DNA from: an uncultured virus (IMG/VR IMGVR_UViG_3300020048_000022)
Lineage: Duplodnaviria; Heunggongvirae; Uroviricota; Caudoviricetes
IMG/VR virus record: IMGVR_UViG_3300020048_000022
Length of the DNA stretch: 38,731 bases
Reading direction: 5' to 3' (one strand)
Of the stretch, positions 36,008 to 38,731 are shown piece after piece. The translations under genes and the position numbers were made by a program. Each line of letters opens with the position of its first letter. Position 1 is the stretch's first letter. The notes under the pieces are model-generated. The model had not been told where the DNA came from. It saw only the letters and a program-made list of their open reading frames with translations, and made no database searches.

Positions 36008-36919
36008 TTATCCTCCTGTAACTCCTATACCAGTAGCTCCAGTAGCTCCAGTAGCTCCATTAGCTCCCGTAGCTCCAGTAGCAGGTAATGATACAGGACT
36101 ATTATTTTGCGCTGGTGTAGTGGGAAGATCCGGTGTATTTTCTCTAGTAACTCTTACAGTTTGACTTGTAGCCAATTGTTCAAAACTAGTAGCTAAAGTT
36201 GAATTAACTCCTGGCGTAGCTGGCATTTTACTGTCTATTGATATAGCTAGTTTTTTTAAGAAGTCCCAAAGAGGCTCAGCGCATACAGCAGAAAAAACAG
36301 GTGAATGTCCTAAATTAGTTGTCTTACCGTCCATCCAAACTTCTTCTGATGAATGCTTAATTCTGGTAACTGCAGTATTCTCTATTTCTTGATCTGCATA
36401 TTTTGTTATTTTACCTCCTTTTAATTCTATAGAAGCAGTGTCATCCGCATGAGTTATTAAAATAGAATTGTCGTTTCTTATTATTATTTTAGAATCCTTC
36501 AAATCTATTACAAGTCCTTTCTCTACCGTATAGAACATCTTTAATCTTTCTATACCGTCATATATTACAGAATGAGCACCATCGTAACTAGCTCTTATTT
36601 CATCCACCAAATCTGGTGATAATTCTTGTACCGCTTTATATTCTGGGCTATAATAGTTTCCGTTATTAAATTGAACATGGACAACAGATCCTAATTTAGG
36701 TACAGACATTCTACCTGATCCACCTCCTAATCCATAACTCATTTCAAATCTTTGGTGTGACCAAGGAAGACTTGTATCTTCTATCTGATCAAATAATCCA
36801 AACACCCTTATCTTTGCTCTTCCTCTAAATTCAGGATCTTTATTATCGACCACTACACCAAGATAATGAGATATCTCAGTATTTGATCTTTCTAATTTTT
36901 CTCTGTCAACTAAGCTCAT
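36008..36919 (-). CDS. Baseplate central spike, gp5/VgrG-type N-terminal OB fold, with no lysozyme domain
   Basis: YLGVVVDNKDPEFRGRAKIRVFG...LPW...SVPKLGSVVHVQFNNGNYYSPEY followed by short beta-strand repeats. Confidence 0.88.
   Translation of the reverse strand: MSLVDREKLERSNTEISHYLGVVVDNKDPEFRGRAKIRVFGLFDQIEDTSLPWSHQRFEMSYGLGGGSGRMSVPKLGSVVHVQFNNGNYYSPEYKAVQELSPDLVDEIRASYDGAHSVIYDGIERLKMFYTVEKGLVIDLKDSKIIIRNDNSILITHADDTASIELKGGKITKYADQEIENTAVTRIKHSSEEVWMDGKTTNLGHSPVFSAVCAEPLWDFLKKLAISIDSKMPATPGVNSTLATSFEQLATSQTVRVTRENTPDLPTTPAQNNSPVSLPATGATGANGATGATGATGIGVTGG
36030..36083 (-). repeat. Six tandem 9-bp units (ccagtagct on +) encoding a GAT/GAN collagen-like tail of the spike
   Basis: ccagtagct x3, ccattagct, cccgtagct, ccagtagca; protein ATGATGANGATGATGATG. 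Confidence 0.9.
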
Positions 36920-36941
36920 TTAAAATTATAGTTAATTTGTA

Positions 36942-38731
36942 TTAAGAGTTTTCGGAATTATTAGATTTAGGATAAGTCCTTCCTAAATTAATCTGGGGCG
37001 GTGCAGGAATAGTCTGATATTCATCTCCTCTAACAGATCCATAATTTCTTCCAATACCTCCTAAATCTGATCCAGGTACGTTCTTATAAACATCTCCCAT
37101 ATTATCAGTAAATCCCTTAGGTGAATCTTTATATTCTTTATCGTTTACTTGCGGATATTTATTATCCGCATCAGGATATATTTTAGTAAAGCTAGGTTCA
37201 GTTACGATCGAGCCTCCAGGATATTCATTGCCCTCCGCTTGTGCGTATTGTCTATCAGGTGCTCCTAGATCCGATCCAGGTACGCCAGGATACACATCAC
37301 CTACTGGTTCAGGATAAACCCTTCCAATGACACCTAAATCGCTGCCAGGGACATTATTATATTCATCGCCTCCTGGTGCGCTATATTGTCTATCGGGTAC
37401 TCCTAAATCTGCTCCAGGAACAGTGGGATAAACGTCGCCTCCTGGAACAGGGTAAACTCTGTCAGGTACTCCTGAATCAGATCCTGGTACATTATTATAT
37501 TCATCTGAATTGTTAGAAGGATATTGTCTATCAGGTACACCTAAATCTGCGCCAGGTACACCAGGATAAACGTCACCACCAGGAATAGGATAAACTCTTC
37601 CAGGAACACCTGAATCAGATCCGGGCACATTAGGATAAACATCCGAATCATTTACTGGGTATTGCCTATCTGGTGCTCCTAGATCAGTACCAGGAACATT
37701 TGGATATACATCTCCTGATAATGTGCCAGGAGGATTAGTTCCTCCTCCTAAAACATTCCCTAGATTTTCATCATTTTGAGAGGAACTTCCTGTATAAGCA
37801 TCCTCGTTAATAGTAGGGTATTGTCTTTGCCCTGGACCACCTAGTCCTTGTGCTTGTGGTCTATTATCTGCGAATGGATTAGGTATTCCGTTATTTTTAA
37901 GATCGTTAAATGTATTAGCTACTGAAAATCCACTTCTTAAAGCTGCTCCAGCATTAATACCCCCTAATCCATAGATATTACCTAATAAGGCACTTTCTAA
38001 TTTAGAAACCCCTATATTCTTAAGATCTGCAACAGTATTAGTTATAAAATTAGAAGCCATCTGTTTAAAAAATGCACCAGGATCAGCTTCGTCAATGTTA
38101 TCAGGCAAACCTGATATTCCATCAGATCCTTTATAGTCATAGTCTCTATATCCATCTGCATTTGATCCCCATGTATCATTAAGAACCATCTGCTTTACGT
38201 TATCGTTCTTTTGTAAGATATCGGATAATTCGTTAAACTGTATCTTATAATCTTTAACTCTACCCACATGGATCTTAAATTTATTAGTTACTGGTCCACT
38301 TCCTTTGTTATCTATAGTCCCATATGAAGGATAACTGTCATCAAAATCGAATTCACATTGATCAAATTGGTAAATAAAAGCATATGGTCCTAATTCTGCA
38401 CCACCAAATTCAGGATTATTAGGAGGATAATCCTCCATATTTGTACTTTTCTGATTATCCCCTGATATTTTGTCCAATAATCCTGTCTGTGAATTAAAGC
38501 TGTCCAAAGAATTTGCAATGTTTGCAACGGATGGTATAGAGAACGGATTTAATACATCGGCAAGACCATAACTTAATTGTATATTTCTAATTTCTGTTAC
38601 AATCAGCCACATTCTAAATTTTCTAAGATTCTCAGGAAGCATTGATCTATGATATGTGTAATCATAAATACCTTTCCTGTAAAGTTCAGAGAGAGCGAAT
38701 ATTCTCATATCAATAGATTCTAAACAATCTA
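36942..38731 (-). CDS. 5'-truncated protein (>595 aa), possibly a tail-tube-like baseplate component, with a C-terminal 23-aa repeat region
   Basis: The frame is open from the window edge (DCLESID precedes the MRIFAL called at 38708), so that ATG is probably internal. It lies directly upstream of the spike gene. The tube-like fold is only a guess from position and FIYQFDQCEFD. Confidence 0.6.
   Translation of the reverse strand, partial: DCLESIDMRIFALSELYRKGIYDYTYHRSMLPENLRKFRMWLIVTEIRNIQLSYGLADVLNPFSIPSVANIANSLDSFNSQTGLLDKISGDNQKSTNMEDYPPNNPEFGGAELGPYAFIYQFDQCEFDFDDSYPSYGTIDNKGSGPVTNKFKIHVGRVKDYKIQFNELSDILQKNDNVKQMVLNDTWGSNADGYRDYDYKGSDGISGLPDNIDEADPGAFFKQMASNFITNTVADLKNIGVSKLESALLGNIYGLGGINAGAALRSGFSVANTFNDLKNNGIPNPFADNRPQAQGLGGPGQRQYPTINEDAYTGSSSQNDENLGNVLGGGTNPPGTLSGDVYPNVPGTDLGAPDRQYPVNDSDVYPNVPGSDSGVPGRVYPIPGGDVYPGVPGADLGVPDRQYPSNNSDEYNNVPGSDSGVPDRVYPVPGGDVYPTVPGADLGVPDRQYSAPGGDEYNNVPGSDLGVIGRVYPEPVGDVYPGVPGSDLGAPDRQYAQAEGNEYPGGSIVTEPSFTKIYPDADNKYPQVNDKEYKDSPKGFTDNMGDVYKNVPGSDLGGIGRNYGSVRGDEYQTIPAPPQINLGRTYPKSNNSENS
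37230..37712 (-). repeat. Seven tandem 69-bp (23-aa) coding repeats, consensus D[VE]YPxVPG[SAT]D[LS]G[VA]P[DG]R[QV]YPxxxx; a further copy lies at 37026-37094
   Basis: Read directly from the translation, residues 333-493 of the called ORF. Confidence 0.92.

Larger units (their letters stand above)
1..38731 (-). mobile_element. Segment of a large T4-like/jumbo myophage genome (tail, baseplate and neck module), probable Bacteroidota host
   Basis: Co-oriented, tightly packed gp5-, gp13-, gp25-, gp6- and gp7-like genes, very large hypothetical proteins, fibres and phoH. No host housekeeping context. No SD motifs upstream of starts. Confidence 0.9.

Noticed and set aside
25391..36919. Bacterial T6SS or extracellular contractile injection system
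   Set aside because: A gp13-like neck gene, phoH, phage-style gene packing and the absence of Tss/Afp accessory genes favour a phage genome.
37026..37712. 69-bp repeats as a CRISPR array or DGR template/variable repeats
   Set aside because: The units are contiguous, in frame and vary mainly at synonymous sites. There are no unique spacers, no adenine-specific pattern, and no cas or reverse transcriptase gene in the window.
38706..38708. ATG at 38708 as the true start of the last gene
   Set aside because: The frame remains open to the window edge (DCLESID upstream), so the gene probably begins outside the window.
1..38731. Stop-codon reassignment (no accepted gene ends in TAG)
   Set aside because: Genes up to 6.8 kb are intact under the standard code and tile the window. 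TAA dominance is expected at this AT content.

Overview
AT-rich (roughly 30% GC by eye), almost gap-free segment of a large T4-like (jumbo) myophage genome: the tail/baseplate/neck morphogenesis region, transcribed on the - strand. Order in the direction of transcription: 5'-truncated protein with 23-aa tandem repeats, gp5-like spike, 1699-aa Cys/Pro-rich protein, ribosomal protein S1 homologue, amidoligase-like protein, gp13-like neck protein, gp25-like, gp6-like wedge, 81-aa ORF, 2257-aa gp7/P2-gpI-like wedge carrying two beta-propellers, [phoH on the + strand], 305-, 726-, 1164- and 1870-aa putative virion proteins, collagen-containing fibre, 68-aa ORF, spanin-like membrane protein, and a 3'-truncated >=524-aa ORF missing from the ORF track. 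A Bacteroidota host is inferred from the lack of Shine-Dalgarno sequences, the S1 N-terminus and the Reg_prop/SBBP-type propellers. The best candidate for an undescribed system is the diverged four-domain S1 plus degenerate amidoligase pair inside the virion operon, together with an RATATATA motif just upstream of several structural start codons. This suggests phage-specific translation of short-leader late mRNAs. All family assignments come from motif recognition by eye; no searches were run.
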